From an uncultured Rhodospirillaceae bacterium (GTDB taxonomy: Bacteria; Pseudomonadota; Alphaproteobacteria; GCA-2731375): a stretch of DNA of 64,000 nt. Position numbers and translations under genes: made by a program. Location: NCBI GenBank assembly GCA_964507245.1, contig CAZDQC010000004.1, positions 1,771 through 65,770 of the forward strand. The letters run 5' to 3'. How positions within the stretch are numbered: position 1 is the stretch's first letter; every line of letters starts with the position of its first letter. Shown piece after piece: positions 30,304-40,337 of the stretch. The notes under the pieces were generated by a model. It saw nothing but the letters and a program-made list of their open reading frames with translations, made no database searches and was not told the DNA's origin.

Positions 30304-31776
30304 ATGCCCGATTATGACGTCATCGTTGTGGGGGGCGGCAACGCCGCATTGTGTGCTGCCCTATCTGCCAGGGAATGCGGCGCTTCCGTGGTGGTTTTGG
30401 AACGAGCACCACAAGGCGAAGCCGGTGGTAATTCCCGTTTTACGGCCGGGGCCATCCGCACCGTCTATAACGGCCACGACGATATCCTCGATCTGATGCC
30501 CGATTTGACAGATGAAGAGAAAAATAACACGGACTTTGGCAGCTACACCGAAGAGAAATTTTTTGACGACATGGGGACAGTAACCGATTACCGCACCGAT
30601 CCCGATCTGGCGGAAATATTAATTACCCAATCCTTTCTGACTCTAAAGTGGATGCAAGGTAAAGGTATGCGATTTATGCCCCTCTACGCCAAACAGGCTT
30701 TCAAAATAGACGGCAAGTTCAAGTTCTGGGGTGGTTTGACGGTGGAGGCCTATGGCGGAGGTCCCGGGTTGATTGAAGCATTGACGGAATCCTGCAAAAA
30801 AGAAGGTATTGAAATTCGCTACGAGTCCCGCGCCATGTCCTTGATCAGAAATGACGATGGCGTCCATGGGGTCAATTTGCGCCAGAGTGGCAAGACGCAA
30901 GAATTGATAGCCAAGTCCGTTATTTTGGCATGCGGCGGCTTTGAGGCAAACGCGGAAATGCGCACGCGCTACCTGGGCCCCGGATGGGAACTGGCCCCAG
31001 TCCGGGGCACACGGTTCAATACCGGAGACGGCATTAATATGGCGCTAGAAGCTGGCGCCAGTCCTCGCGGCAACTGGTCTGGCTGTCATGCGGTGGCATG
31101 GGATCGAAACGCTCCTGAATTTGGTGACCTCGCGGTAGGCGACGGTTTCCAGAAACACAGTTATCCGTTTGGCCTGATAATCAACGCTGATGGCAGGAGG
31201 TTCGTCGACGAAGGCGCCGACTTCCGCAATTACACCTATGCGAAATACGGTCGAGAAATCCTCAATCAGCCCCGCCAATTCGCCTATCAAATCTTTGACC
31301 AAAAGGTGGTGCACCTTTTACGGGACGAATACCGTATCCGAGAAGTCACCAAGGCCCAATCAGATACCCTTGAGGGCCTGGTGGCACAGATGGAGGGCGT
31401 GCACCCAGATCAGTTCCTTCGTACAATTGACGAATATAACGCCGCTGTGCAATCCGATATCCCCTTCAATCCCACAATCAAAGACGGCCGCCGCACTGAG
31501 GGACTGACCGTGGATAAGACTAATTGGGCCAATACCTTAGACGAACCACCTTATATGGCCTTTGGTGTTACCTGCGGCATCACCTTCACATTTGGCGGCG
31601 TTCGGGTCGACAAGAACGCCCAGGTCATTGATACCGATGGCGAAGTAATACCGGGTCTCTATGCGGCCGGGGAGATGGTTGGTGGTCTGTTTTATTTCAA
31701 TTACCCGGGAGGGACCGGTTTGATGTCCGGAGCAGTTTTCGGCCGCATCGCCGGCGCCGCAGCATCGAAAGGTTGA
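30304..31776 (+). CDS. FAD-dependent oxidoreductase, TcuA (tricarballylate dehydrogenase)-like / fumarate-reductase flavoprotein family
   Basis: 490 aa. N-terminal DVIVVGGGNAALCAALSARECGASVVVLE ... GGNSRFTAG is very similar to TcuA. It starts 9 nt after the hydrolase gene. Confidence 0.75.
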   Translation: MPDYDVIVVGGGNAALCAALSARECGASVVVLERAPQGEAGGNSRFTAGAIRTVYNGHDDILDLMPDLTDEEKNNTDFGSYTEEKFFDDMGTVTDYRTDPDLAEILITQSFLTLKWMQGKGMRFMPLYAKQAFKIDGKFKFWGGLTVEAYGGGPGLIEALTESCKKEGIEIRYESRAMSLIRNDDGVHGVNLRQSGKTQELIAKSVILACGGFEANAEMRTRYLGPGWELAPVRGTRFNTGDGINMALEAGASPRGNWSGCHAVAWDRNAPEFGDLAVGDGFQKHSYPFGLIINADGRRFVDEGADFRNYTYAKYGREILNQPRQFAYQIFDQKVVHLLRDEYRIREVTKAQSDTLEGLVAQMEGVHPDQFLRTIDEYNAAVQSDIPFNPTIKDGRRTEGLTVDKTNWANTLDEPPYMAFGVTCGITFTFGGVRVDKNAQVIDTDGEVIPGLYAAGEMVGGLFYFNYPGGTGLMSGAVFGRIAGAAASKG

Positions 31777-31780
31777 TGTA

Positions 31781-32680
31781 ATGTCAAACGAAACCCTTGG
31801 CTTCATCGGTCTGGGCGTCATGGGCGAACCCATGTGCCACAATCTGCACAAAAAATCCGGGCGCAAAGTCATGGCCTATGACATTAATCCCGCACCGCTA
31901 GAACGGGCTCGAGAGGCCAACATGGGTGTGGCTAACAGTCCGCAGGATATAGCCAAAAATTGCGATATAATTTTCCTATCCCTGCCCAGCGGCGTGCAGT
32001 TGGAGCAAGTTTGCCACGACCTAAATCCTTATATGCGTGCCGGTCAAACCATCGTAGACACTACCACCGCCCCGGTGGCTCTGACCAAGAGTCTGGCAGC
32101 GGAATTCAAGGCCATGGGCGTGGACTACGCCGACGCCCCAATCGCGCGCACCCGGCAGGCAGCCCGCGAGGGTACTCTGGCCGTGATGGTTGGTGCAAAA
32201 AGTTCGGTTTTCAAAAGGATTGAACCATTGATCGGCTGTTATGCCAACGATATCTCCCTCTGTGGAGACGTAGGAAGCGGACAAATCGTGAAAATTCTCA
32301 ATAACATGATCGTGGCCGAAACCGTCAATGCCATCGGCGAAGCCTTGACCATTGGCCGGCGTGCGGGCCTTGACGACGCCTTGCTGCTGGACACCCTATC
32401 CAAAGGATCCGCGGATAGCTTCGTTTTGCGCAATCACGGGGTCAAGGCGATGCTGCCCGGGTTGTTCCCATTACGCGCCTTCTCCATCAACTACATGATC
32501 AAAGACATGAAGTATGCCATTGATCTTGCAGAAGAAACTGGAGTTGACGTTAAAGGGGCCAGGACAACTAATGCAGTTCTCGAGGAGGGTGCAAGTGGGC
32601 CCTTGGCCGAAGCGTATTGGCCTGCCATGCTGGCGGTGATCGACCCGACGATCGATGCAAAAACTCCAGATGGGGATTAG
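31781..32680 (+). CDS. NAD(P)-dependent oxidoreductase, 3-hydroxyisobutyrate dehydrogenase family
   Basis: 299 aa with an N-terminal GFIGLGVMG Rossmann motif and HIBADH-type catalytic region. It starts 4 nt after the TcuA-like gene. Confidence 0.85.
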   Translation: MSNETLGFIGLGVMGEPMCHNLHKKSGRKVMAYDINPAPLERAREANMGVANSPQDIAKNCDIIFLSLPSGVQLEQVCHDLNPYMRAGQTIVDTTTAPVALTKSLAAEFKAMGVDYADAPIARTRQAAREGTLAVMVGAKSSVFKRIEPLIGCYANDISLCGDVGSGQIVKILNNMIVAETVNAIGEALTIGRRAGLDDALLLDTLSKGSADSFVLRNHGVKAMLPGLFPLRAFSINYMIKDMKYAIDLAEETGVDVKGARTTNAVLEEGASGPLAEAYWPAMLAVIDPTIDAKTPDGD

Positions 32681-32709
32681 TAGAGAATATTAATTCCAAC
32701 GGGAAAACC

Positions 32710-34416
32710 CTAATACCCGGCTAGAATTGCATCTGCGATCTTTTCGGCTGTCATCAGCACCGGAATATTCGTGTTGGCACACGGCACCACGGGAAAGATA
32801 GAGGCATCACAAACACGTAACCCATCTATGTCCTTGACCCGGCCTGCATTATTTGTAACGGCCTTAGGATCGTTCTCCGCTCCCATACGGCAGGAGCAAG
32901 ACGCATGCCAGACACCAACCGCAGCCTTGCGCACAAAAGTTTCCATTGCGTCCTCATCCTCCAGCAACTGCGGCAGAGTAAAATCTTCAAGGATTAACTT
33001 GTTCATGAGGAAACGGCGCAGACCGTCTGGACCATCAAGCAGTTTAGCCATGACGGTGGTGAGAAATTTGTTCTTGCTGTTTACTTCGCCTACCTGTCTC
33101 ACCTTATCCGAGTAACTGGCAGGAAAGGGATCAGAGGTTGCTGCCTGCATGGCGGGCATAGCGTAGATTGCGGCCATGCGTCGGACGGAATCCTTCAGCC
33201 TTTCCAAATCACGGACATCTGAAAGCAAATTAAACTCAACCGTCGGCTCGTCCCGCCATTCGGGTGTCTGCAATTTAACCTGGCCTGTCTCAGAGTAGGT
33301 TTTGTTGACAAATATGACCATGGAGGCGATCTGCTCCCCCACAGCGTGCCAGGATGACTTCGAGGAGACGGCAACAAACATATCTCCTGCCGGGATCCCC
33401 TCTAGTCCGGAGGAGTAGCGCAGAGCTACCAGGATATGCCGACGAGTTAAATTATTGATACGGGCATGAGGTTTTATGAAAGAGGCAACGGCGATGGAGG
33501 GATGGTCCATTAGACCCTGACCGACACCGGGAACATTAGCGCGCACTTCTATACCCATTTCATTCAATACGATGGCCGGGCCAATTCCGGCGCGCAAAAG
33601 ATGCGCAGGTGAATGGATGGCACCGGACGATAGGATGATCTCGTTCCCGCGGTATTCTTGTTCACGTCCTTGAACCAGAGCCTTTATACCAACGCACCGC
33701 TTACCTTCGAATAGAAGTTCCTTGACCTGGGTTCGTGTAGTAATGGTTAAGTTTTCACGTAACCGGGTGCCGGGATCCAAGTAGCCGATGGCGGCGGAAA
33801 CCCTGCGTTCATAAGCATTCGACATGGTTGCGGGAAAATAACCATCTTCGAATTTACCGTTCTGGTCCGGCAAGTATTTGAAGCCGGCCTCCTCAAATGC
33901 CTGCGCTACTGCCTCCGCATGGTTGTTCCACTGGTCACGCATGATGCGTCGGATGGGAATGCGCCCTTCCTTGCCGTGATAGGGACCATCGTAGTCCATA
34001 TCACGTTCGACCTTTTTAAAATAGGGCAGTACCGTGTCCCAGTTCCAGCCGGCCGCACCTCTTTGTTCCCATTCGTTGAAATCTGTCGGCGCGCCTCGAT
34101 TAGCCATCTGTCCATTGATAGACGAACCACCGCCCAGGACCCGAGCCTGCTCGTACTTACGTAATGGCGGGCGGTCCACATCCGGGTTGTTGTGAGAAAT
34201 CACTTCGGTGGTGACTTGAAGATCATTCCAGATGAAGCGTTTGTCCAAATACGCTGTTCCAGGATAGCTGTCCAATATCTCTTCCGGCACATCTCCGTGC
34301 GGCGTGTCCTGACCCGCCTCACACAGCAGCACTTTATTACCGCTTTTGGCCGACAACCGGTTTGCTAGCACGGAACCGGCGGATCCTCCTCCCACTATAA
34401 TGTAATCGTACTGCAT
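32710..34416 (-). CDS. GMC family oxidoreductase (choline dehydrogenase-like)
   Basis: 568 aa. N-terminal YDYIIVGGGSAGSVLANRLS FAD-binding motif and a C-terminal GMC signature with an active-site His (HPVVPC-like). Confidence 0.85.
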   Translation of the reverse strand: MQYDYIIVGGGSAGSVLANRLSAKSGNKVLLCEAGQDTPHGDVPEEILDSYPGTAYLDKRFIWNDLQVTTEVISHNNPDVDRPPLRKYEQARVLGGGSSINGQMANRGAPTDFNEWEQRGAAGWNWDTVLPYFKKVERDMDYDGPYHGKEGRIPIRRIMRDQWNNHAEAVAQAFEEAGFKYLPDQNGKFEDGYFPATMSNAYERRVSAAIGYLDPGTRLRENLTITTRTQVKELLFEGKRCVGIKALVQGREQEYRGNEIILSSGAIHSPAHLLRAGIGPAIVLNEMGIEVRANVPGVGQGLMDHPSIAVASFIKPHARINNLTRRHILVALRYSSGLEGIPAGDMFVAVSSKSSWHAVGEQIASMVIFVNKTYSETGQVKLQTPEWRDEPTVEFNLLSDVRDLERLKDSVRRMAAIYAMPAMQAATSDPFPASYSDKVRQVGEVNSKNKFLTTVMAKLLDGPDGLRRFLMNKLILEDFTLPQLLEDEDAMETFVRKAAVGVWHASCSCRMGAENDPKAVTNNAGRVKDIDGLRVCDASIFPVVPCANTNIPVLMTAEKIADAILAGY

Positions 34417-34431
34417 GTCCTCTCCCGCTTC

Positions 34432-35040
34432 TTAATCCTCTTCTGCCACATAGTAGAGCACGAATTGTTGTGCCAAGCTCTCTATTTGCCTAGCGGGCCG
34501 GGAGAGATGTGAAATTGCAATATGGACAGAGGGATAACCTTCAGCCTGCTTATTAAACTTCCCCATAGCGGGCGATATCAATGGCAAAAAGCCGACCGAA
34601 TTGCGTACATAAGTGCGTGCCTTTTCATCCAACTGACCCGGGTCTACGGCGACCATTAAAACCCGCCGCATTAAGGTTGCTTTTGCAGCACCCATACCGA
34701 TGACTGCCGACCAAGGGATCAAACCCAGGGGCGGGCGCTGACTAAAAATTCCATTGCTGTCAAAAGTAATCACTGGTTTTTTATCAAAAGCCATTTCCAA
34801 TAGTAAGAATGAGACAAACAAACAAATAAGAATGGCCAAAATGTTAACCCAACCTAAATTTGCAAGAACGAATTCTCCGGAACCTTCTAAACCGTCTGTC
34901 TGCAGGGTCATGGCAACCCCTAGCAGGCAGGGAATAATTAAAACTCCGATCTTTAACTTTGATGGGTAAAAATTTACCGGATCAGGCGGCGTGCCCACGT
35001 TCCGCCTATTCGTAAGGTGGTCCTGTCCTTCGACTGACAT
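34432..35040 (-). CDS. Hypothetical membrane protein (two N-terminal TM helices plus a soluble domain; possibly bacterial PH-like)
   Basis: ORF 34432-35070. The ATG at 35040 (MSVEGQDH...) is the likely start. I recognise no catalytic motif. Confidence 0.45.
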   Translation of the reverse strand: MSVEGQDHLTNRRNVGTPPDPVNFYPSKLKIGVLIIPCLLGVAMTLQTDGLEGSGEFVLANLGWVNILAILICLFVSFLLLEMAFDKKPVITFDSNGIFSQRPPLGLIPWSAVIGMGAAKATLMRRVLMVAVDPGQLDEKARTYVRNSVGFLPLISPAMGKFNKQAEGYPSVHIAISHLSRPARQIESLAQQFVLYYVAEED

Positions 35041-35121
35041 TTCGCCGCATTCCCCCAAAACTCTGACCAATTATAGCCATTCCGGCCGATTGGGGCTACT
35101 CTAGCCAGAGGAGGATTTAGG

Positions 35122-35892
35122 ATGGAAATTCATCAACAAGTTGCCATTGTCACCGGCGCAGCTAAAGGTATTGGCGCTAGCATTAGCCGAGCCCTTGCCG
35201 CGGCTGGCGCACGGGTGGTTTGTGCTGATATTGACGGGGACGCCGCAAATAATATCGCCAAAGAGCTGGGCGGGGACTGCATGCCCCTGACTGTGGACGT
35301 CGGCGACGTTGACTCTATCGAAACCATGCTGGATCAGACGATGGAGCAATTTGGGCAATTGAATACCATCGTTAACAATGCGGGTGTAACCCGCAGCGCC
35401 TACATAATGGATTTGACCGAAGCTGATTGGGACCGCATCCACCAGGTCAATGCGCGAGGTGTATTTTTCTGCCTGCAAGGAGCCGCACGACGCATGATCG
35501 AAGGTGATGGTGGCCGCATAATCAATATCGCGTCCATTGCCGGCCGTGGCTATGCAGGTACATCGAACGCAGCTTATGCCGCTTCCAAGGGTGCGGTAAT
35601 TTCGCTAACCAAAACCGCGGCACAACAATTGGCCAAGCACGACATTACCGTCAATGCCATCTGCCCCGGCGTCACAAGAACGGAGTTGCTGGAGAAAATT
35701 TTCACGACCATTGAAGAAAGCCAGGGCATCAGCAAAGCGGAAGCAGAAGCCCGCGCTGCCCGGCCCATACCTCTGCAGCGCATTAATGAGCCTGAAGATG
35801 TTGCCGCCATGGCAATCTTCCTTGCTTCACCCGGCGCTCGCAATATCACTGGCCAAGCGTACAATGTCGATGGTGGTTTAATTACAAGCTAA
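35122..35892 (+). CDS. SDR family oxidoreductase (3-oxoacyl-ACP reductase-like)
   Basis: 256 aa with a TGAAKGIG cofactor motif, NNAG, and a YxxxK catalytic dyad (YAASK). Confidence 0.85.
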   Translation: MEIHQQVAIVTGAAKGIGASISRALAAAGARVVCADIDGDAANNIAKELGGDCMPLTVDVGDVDSIETMLDQTMEQFGQLNTIVNNAGVTRSAYIMDLTEADWDRIHQVNARGVFFCLQGAARRMIEGDGGRIINIASIAGRGYAGTSNAAYAASKGAVISLTKTAAQQLAKHDITVNAICPGVTRTELLEKIFTTIEESQGISKAEAEARAARPIPLQRINEPEDVAAMAIFLASPGARNITGQAYNVDGGLITS

Positions 35893-36142
35893 GAACCATG
35901 CTCATAAGATCGGTTAATAACCTCTAAAATGCAATTTTCAGAAAATAGATTTATGCAGGACATCACGTGCAAATAGAATTTGGTTTAATAGAATCTGCCT
36001 AACCCGATTTAGCTGAACGCGAAACTTTCACATGCCCACCCGCCCACCAAATTTTGAGATAAAACCAACGGCCAAAGCCGTAATAATTTAGCGATTATAC
36101 CAGTTCCTTGCGGGTCTGGCTCAAATTGCGTAACAGGGTGAC

Positions 36143-37657
36143 GTGCACGCATTATACGGGCGTAAAGTTATGCATCAAAAAGAGCAGAGCGTGGAACAAG
36201 ACGTGGTTAAGTCTTTGGAGTGGGTCCGTCGGGCCGTCGAACAAGGCTATCAGTCGGGCCAACACTTGCTCCAAAATTTTCGAAACGATAATTATTATTC
36301 GTCAACTGCTCGGCATGAAAAAACACTCAATTTCGATCCTTCCTCCCTGGGAGGGATCAAGGCAGTGGTCGAGGACCTATTGCAACACATTAAGGACAGT
36401 ATGCTTAGTGACGGCCAGCTTCAGTATGAACGCTTAAGGACGGACCATTCTGATGGCACAATTCGGATAACAATTCCGGATTTTGTTTTTGAACTGCCCA
36501 GTTTAGGACATTTACAACTGGGTGACGTGGTCATTCAGGTGCGCCGGGAAAATGCCCGTTATGACAGCGTATGCCTAGACCTGCCCAACGAATGTAAATT
36601 CTATACACCCAACGGCACTCAAGGTCGCATTTCTGCCACTAAACCATTCGCCAAGGTTCGCTGGGACAACCATTTGCAGATTAGTTCCGAGTTCGAATTT
36701 TGCCTCCCAAGTTTGGTATTCTCGCTCGATAAAGGCGGTGAGATCGGGCGCATTGGTGAAGTTTTTGGAAAATCAAATGTGTTAGAAAATCAGGGCCGAT
36801 GGTCGGGACCGTTGCATTTGTCACTGAGTGACGTGACCTTGGGCAAAGGTGACCGATTAAAGATAAAACTGGGGAGCGTCAGATTTGTTCTAAATATTCA
36901 GGACCTAGACTTTCCATCCTATGCCGCCATGGCAAGGGCTGGTCCGACGAAGAACCAGGAATTTACAAGCGGCTTAGATCCTTGGGGATATTTTCTGACA
37001 CTGGCCGGGGGTGTGCGGTTGCAGACCGACATTACGGAACTGAGTGTTCAGGACCCTTTTCAACACCCCTTCCAATTGGCCAGAGCTCAATTTGATATCG
37101 ACCTGATAACATCCGATCGGCAAATCCTAGAAGTCACCTTGAATACTCACTACAAGGGGCTTAGTCGAACAGGCGAAGCGAAGGCGGAAGAGAAATTTCC
37201 CTGTCAGATGAAGCTCAACTTAAGTCTGGACAATTTGCCCATTGGTGCAGCTGTTGACGGAGTGACGGCGGTCGTGGAATTAGTTTTGTTGGGCAGGAAG
37301 AACACTGACCCAAATGTGCTAGAGCAACTACGACAGGATTTTAGCGCTGCCGGAACAGCCCTGCGATTAAAGAGTGTCAAAGTAACGGCTCGCAAATTTC
37401 ACTTTGATCTGACGTTACAAGTTTTCGCGAAAGCGGCTGCCAATTCCGGGTTCATCGGCGACGGAGTGTTGCGCATTCACGGACTGAAAAAAATAATGAC
37501 GAAACTTGGTCTCCAGAACTTGCCGCCAGTCGCCGAATTAATCAAGAATGAGAAATCAAACGTCGGTAGTGAATGCACGTCATTTGATATAGCTGTGCGC
37601 CCCGATGGAATGTTGACGGTAAATAGCTGTCCGGTGTTATCCTTGGCGTCCATATAA
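36143..37657 (+). CDS. Hypothetical protein, about 495-504 aa, with no recognised catalytic motif (beta-rich, weakly repetitive; DUF-type)
   Basis: Long uninterrupted ORF on a locally AT-rich stretch. The ATG at 36170 (MHQKEQ...) is the more likely start, although the ORF opens at a GTG at 36143. No signal peptide or TM helix is seen at the N-terminus. Confidence 0.55.
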   Translation: MHALYGRKVMHQKEQSVEQDVVKSLEWVRRAVEQGYQSGQHLLQNFRNDNYYSSTARHEKTLNFDPSSLGGIKAVVEDLLQHIKDSMLSDGQLQYERLRTDHSDGTIRITIPDFVFELPSLGHLQLGDVVIQVRRENARYDSVCLDLPNECKFYTPNGTQGRISATKPFAKVRWDNHLQISSEFEFCLPSLVFSLDKGGEIGRIGEVFGKSNVLENQGRWSGPLHLSLSDVTLGKGDRLKIKLGSVRFVLNIQDLDFPSYAAMARAGPTKNQEFTSGLDPWGYFLTLAGGVRLQTDITELSVQDPFQHPFQLARAQFDIDLITSDRQILEVTLNTHYKGLSRTGEAKAEEKFPCQMKLNLSLDNLPIGAAVDGVTAVVELVLLGRKNTDPNVLEQLRQDFSAAGTALRLKSVKVTARKFHFDLTLQVFAKAAANSGFIGDGVLRIHGLKKIMTKLGLQNLPPVAELIKNEKSNVGSECTSFDIAVRPDGMLTVNSCPVLSLASI

Positions 37658-37746
37658 AATTCAGTGCAATTAACTACTACGACCAAAAGGCCATGCCCAC
37701 AATAGTCCTGATTTCCCGATGAAACGGCGTTCCCACGAAATCTAAT

Positions 37747-39018
37747 ATGGAACACCTCACCCGCGATATAGCCACGCTATTGGGTCTCGCCGCCATTATT
37801 GGCTACATCAATCATCGGTTCCTGCATCTGCCACGAACCATTGGGCTGGTACTGATTGCCATGGCTGCCTCGCTGATCGCCTTGGGGATTGACGCTTTGA
37901 TACCAGGTTGGGGGGTCGGACCTGGATTTAGGGCAGTCCTTGTCGACATCGATTTCAGCGATACCTTGATGCAGGGAATGTTGGGTTTTCTATTATTCGC
38001 CGGCGCCTTGCATGTAGATTTGGGGCACTTGGCCAAGCGCGGATGGGCCATAGCGGCCTTAGCTACAGGCGGATTGTTGGTATCCACCGGAATAGTTGGC
38101 GTTGGTATTTGGTTCGTATTCAACCTAACTGGATTAAATATATCCCTGATCTATTGCCTGCTATTTGGCGCTTTGATCTCGCCGACTGACCCCGTGGCAG
38201 TATTAGGCATTCTGAAGACCGTTAAGGTGCCCGCTAGCTTGGAAGCTAAGATTGCCGGCGAGAGCCTATTCAATGACGGCGTGGGTGTCGTCATCTTTGT
38301 AATCCTATTGGCGATGGCGACCTCTGGGGGCAATGCCCTCACCTTGGGTGACATTACATTTTTGTTTTTGCGAGAGGCCTTGGGTGGAGCGGCCTTGGGA
38401 TTGGCGGCAGGAGCCGTAGCATTTTGGGCTTTACGATCGATTGATGAATACAATCTAGAGGTCATCATTACATTGGCCCTTGTGACGGTCACTTATGAAG
38501 TAGCCCATATGCTGCATACCTCCGGGCCCATCGCTGTGGTCGTGTCGGGTCTTTTGATTGGGAATCACGGAACGCGACTAGCAATGAGCGAGACTACGCG
38601 GGCGCATTTGACAAATTTCTGGACGTTGATCGATGAGGTCCTGAATGCGGTATTGTTCCTACTAATCGGTCTGGAAGTCATCATCATCTCAACCACACCT
38701 GGTTTGATGTGGGTTTCCTTTATCGCCATTCCTCTGGTCTTAGGGGCCCGGTTCGTAGCAGTCGCCGTTCCCATTGGCGTGTTTGGATTATTCCGTGATT
38801 TCACCAAAGGAGCTATTCCGGTTTTGACGTGGGGTGGATTACGGGGCGGCATTTCTGTTGCTCTGGCATTATCCTTGCCTAACGGTGATGAGAAAGACGC
38901 AATTGTCACCGTCTGTTACACGGTGGTGGTGTTTTCCATCTTGGTGCAAGGATTGACGATCGGCAAATTAGTGCAGCGGGTCGTCCCTACACAGAGTGAT
39001 GTAACCGATCATCATTGA
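37747..39018 (+). CDS. Na+/H+ (cation:proton) antiporter, CPA1/NhaP-type
   Basis: 423 aa polytopic protein whose N-terminus (LLGLAAIIGYINHRFLHLPRTIGLVLIAMAASL) is typical of NhaP/CPA1 exchangers. Confidence 0.8.
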   Translation: MEHLTRDIATLLGLAAIIGYINHRFLHLPRTIGLVLIAMAASLIALGIDALIPGWGVGPGFRAVLVDIDFSDTLMQGMLGFLLFAGALHVDLGHLAKRGWAIAALATGGLLVSTGIVGVGIWFVFNLTGLNISLIYCLLFGALISPTDPVAVLGILKTVKVPASLEAKIAGESLFNDGVGVVIFVILLAMATSGGNALTLGDITFLFLREALGGAALGLAAGAVAFWALRSIDEYNLEVIITLALVTVTYEVAHMLHTSGPIAVVVSGLLIGNHGTRLAMSETTRAHLTNFWTLIDEVLNAVLFLLIGLEVIIISTTPGLMWVSFIAIPLVLGARFVAVAVPIGVFGLFRDFTKGAIPVLTWGGLRGGISVALALSLPNGDEKDAIVTVCYTVVVFSILVQGLTIGKLVQRVVPTQSDVTDHH

Positions 39019-39031
39019 ACTGGATTAGTAG

Positions 39032-39045
39032 TCCAACCGGTTGGA
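39032..39045. repeat. 14-bp perfect palindrome TCCAACCGGTTGGA immediately downstream of the antiporter gene
   Basis: Read directly from the sequence. A TGGATTA direct repeat flanks it. Confidence 0.3.
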
Positions 39046-39319
39046 TTAACAGACCCAAAAAGTCGGACTGCAGACAGCGGCCTGAACACCGCGCTCATGT
39101 CTGTGGCGGCATGGGCCGTTTTGTGGTTCCATTTAGACAGACAATCAACGGTTTATTAGTCGCCGGCTTTAATAGTGACTTCCTTGCCTCTGTCTTGCAG
39201 AGCTCGGTGGACGTGATCATATAGTGTTAGAAAGTCGGCGGAGAATTCTCATTTCCTTGTCCTATCGACACACAGGACATACCCTGCCACCAAATAGGAT
39301 CGTGAGCTCGGAGCGGCAT

Positions 39320-40321
39320 ATGGACATTCGACAAGGTTTCATTGAGAGCATCGGCAACACGCCGCTGATCCGACTAACAAAAGCCTCAGACCTGACCCAA
39401 TGCGAGATTTATGGCAAAGCTGAATTCCTTAACCCAGGTGGTTCCGTCAAGGACCGAGCCGCCTTGGCAATTGTCAAGGCGGCCGAGACCCGAGGCGATC
39501 TAAGACCAGGTGGAATAATTGTCGAAGGTACGGCTGGCAACACCGGCATAGGACTCGCCTTGGTTGCAAACGCGCGTGGCTACAAAACAATTATCGTAAT
39601 TCCTGAAACGCAAACCCAGGAAAAAAAAGACATGCTGACGATGTGCGGCGCAGACCTGCGCCAAGTTCCAGCAGTACCTTACAGAGACGACAACAACTAC
39701 ATAAAATTTTCCGGCCGGCTCGCTAAGGAGATCGCAACAAATCATTCCCAGGGCGCTATCTGGGCTAATCAATTTGACAATGTGGATAACAGACAGGGCC
39801 ATTATGAAACAACGGGCCCTGAAATTTGGCAGCAAACAGAAGGCAAGGTAGACGGATTTATCTGTGCCGTGGGATCAGGCGGTTCATTGGCCGGTATCGC
39901 AAAATTTTTGCGGGAGCAAAATCCCTCTGTGACCATTGGCCTAGCAGACCCGCCAGGTGCCGCTCTGTACCATTATTACGCGCATGGTGAATTGAAGGCC
40001 GAAGGATCATCCATCACAGAAGGTATCGGACAAGGCCGGATCACAGCCAACTTGGAAGGGCTGAACGTAGATAAACCCTATTTTATTCCGGACACAGAAT
40101 CCCTGCAAGTTGCCTTCGACTTGATCATCGAAGAAGGATTAGTGCTGGGTTCATCCTCCGGCGTCAACGTTGCCGGCGCCATAAGACTCGGACAAGAATT
40201 AGGCCCAGGACATACCATTGTGACCTTGCTTTGCGATGGTGCACAGCGTTATCAAAGCAAGATGTTCAATCTACCCTTCCTAAGGGAGCTAGGTCTGCCA
40301 ACACCAAGTTGGATGGACTAA
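39320..40321 (+). CDS. Cysteine synthase / cystathionine beta-synthase family PLP enzyme (CysK/CysM-like)
   Basis: ORF 39224-40321. The ATG at 39320 (MDIRQGFIESIGNTPLIRL...) is the likely start. The PLP-lysine region is GSVKDR and a glycine loop GTAGNTGIG is present. Confidence 0.8.
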   Translation: MDIRQGFIESIGNTPLIRLTKASDLTQCEIYGKAEFLNPGGSVKDRAALAIVKAAETRGDLRPGGIIVEGTAGNTGIGLALVANARGYKTIIVIPETQTQEKKDMLTMCGADLRQVPAVPYRDDNNYIKFSGRLAKEIATNHSQGAIWANQFDNVDNRQGHYETTGPEIWQQTEGKVDGFICAVGSGGSLAGIAKFLREQNPSVTIGLADPPGAALYHYYAHGELKAEGSSITEGIGQGRITANLEGLNVDKPYFIPDTESLQVAFDLIIEEGLVLGSSSGVNVAGAIRLGQELGPGHTIVTLLCDGAQRYQSKMFNLPFLRELGLPTPSWMD

Positions 40322-40337
40322 TCAATCAGAGGCACCC

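Noticed and set aside
37812-38909. Three minus-strand ORFs (103, 113 and 114 aa) within the NhaP antiporter gene
   Set aside because: They are antisense artefacts of a hydrophobic, GC-skewed coding region. The plus-strand antiporter frame is continuous.
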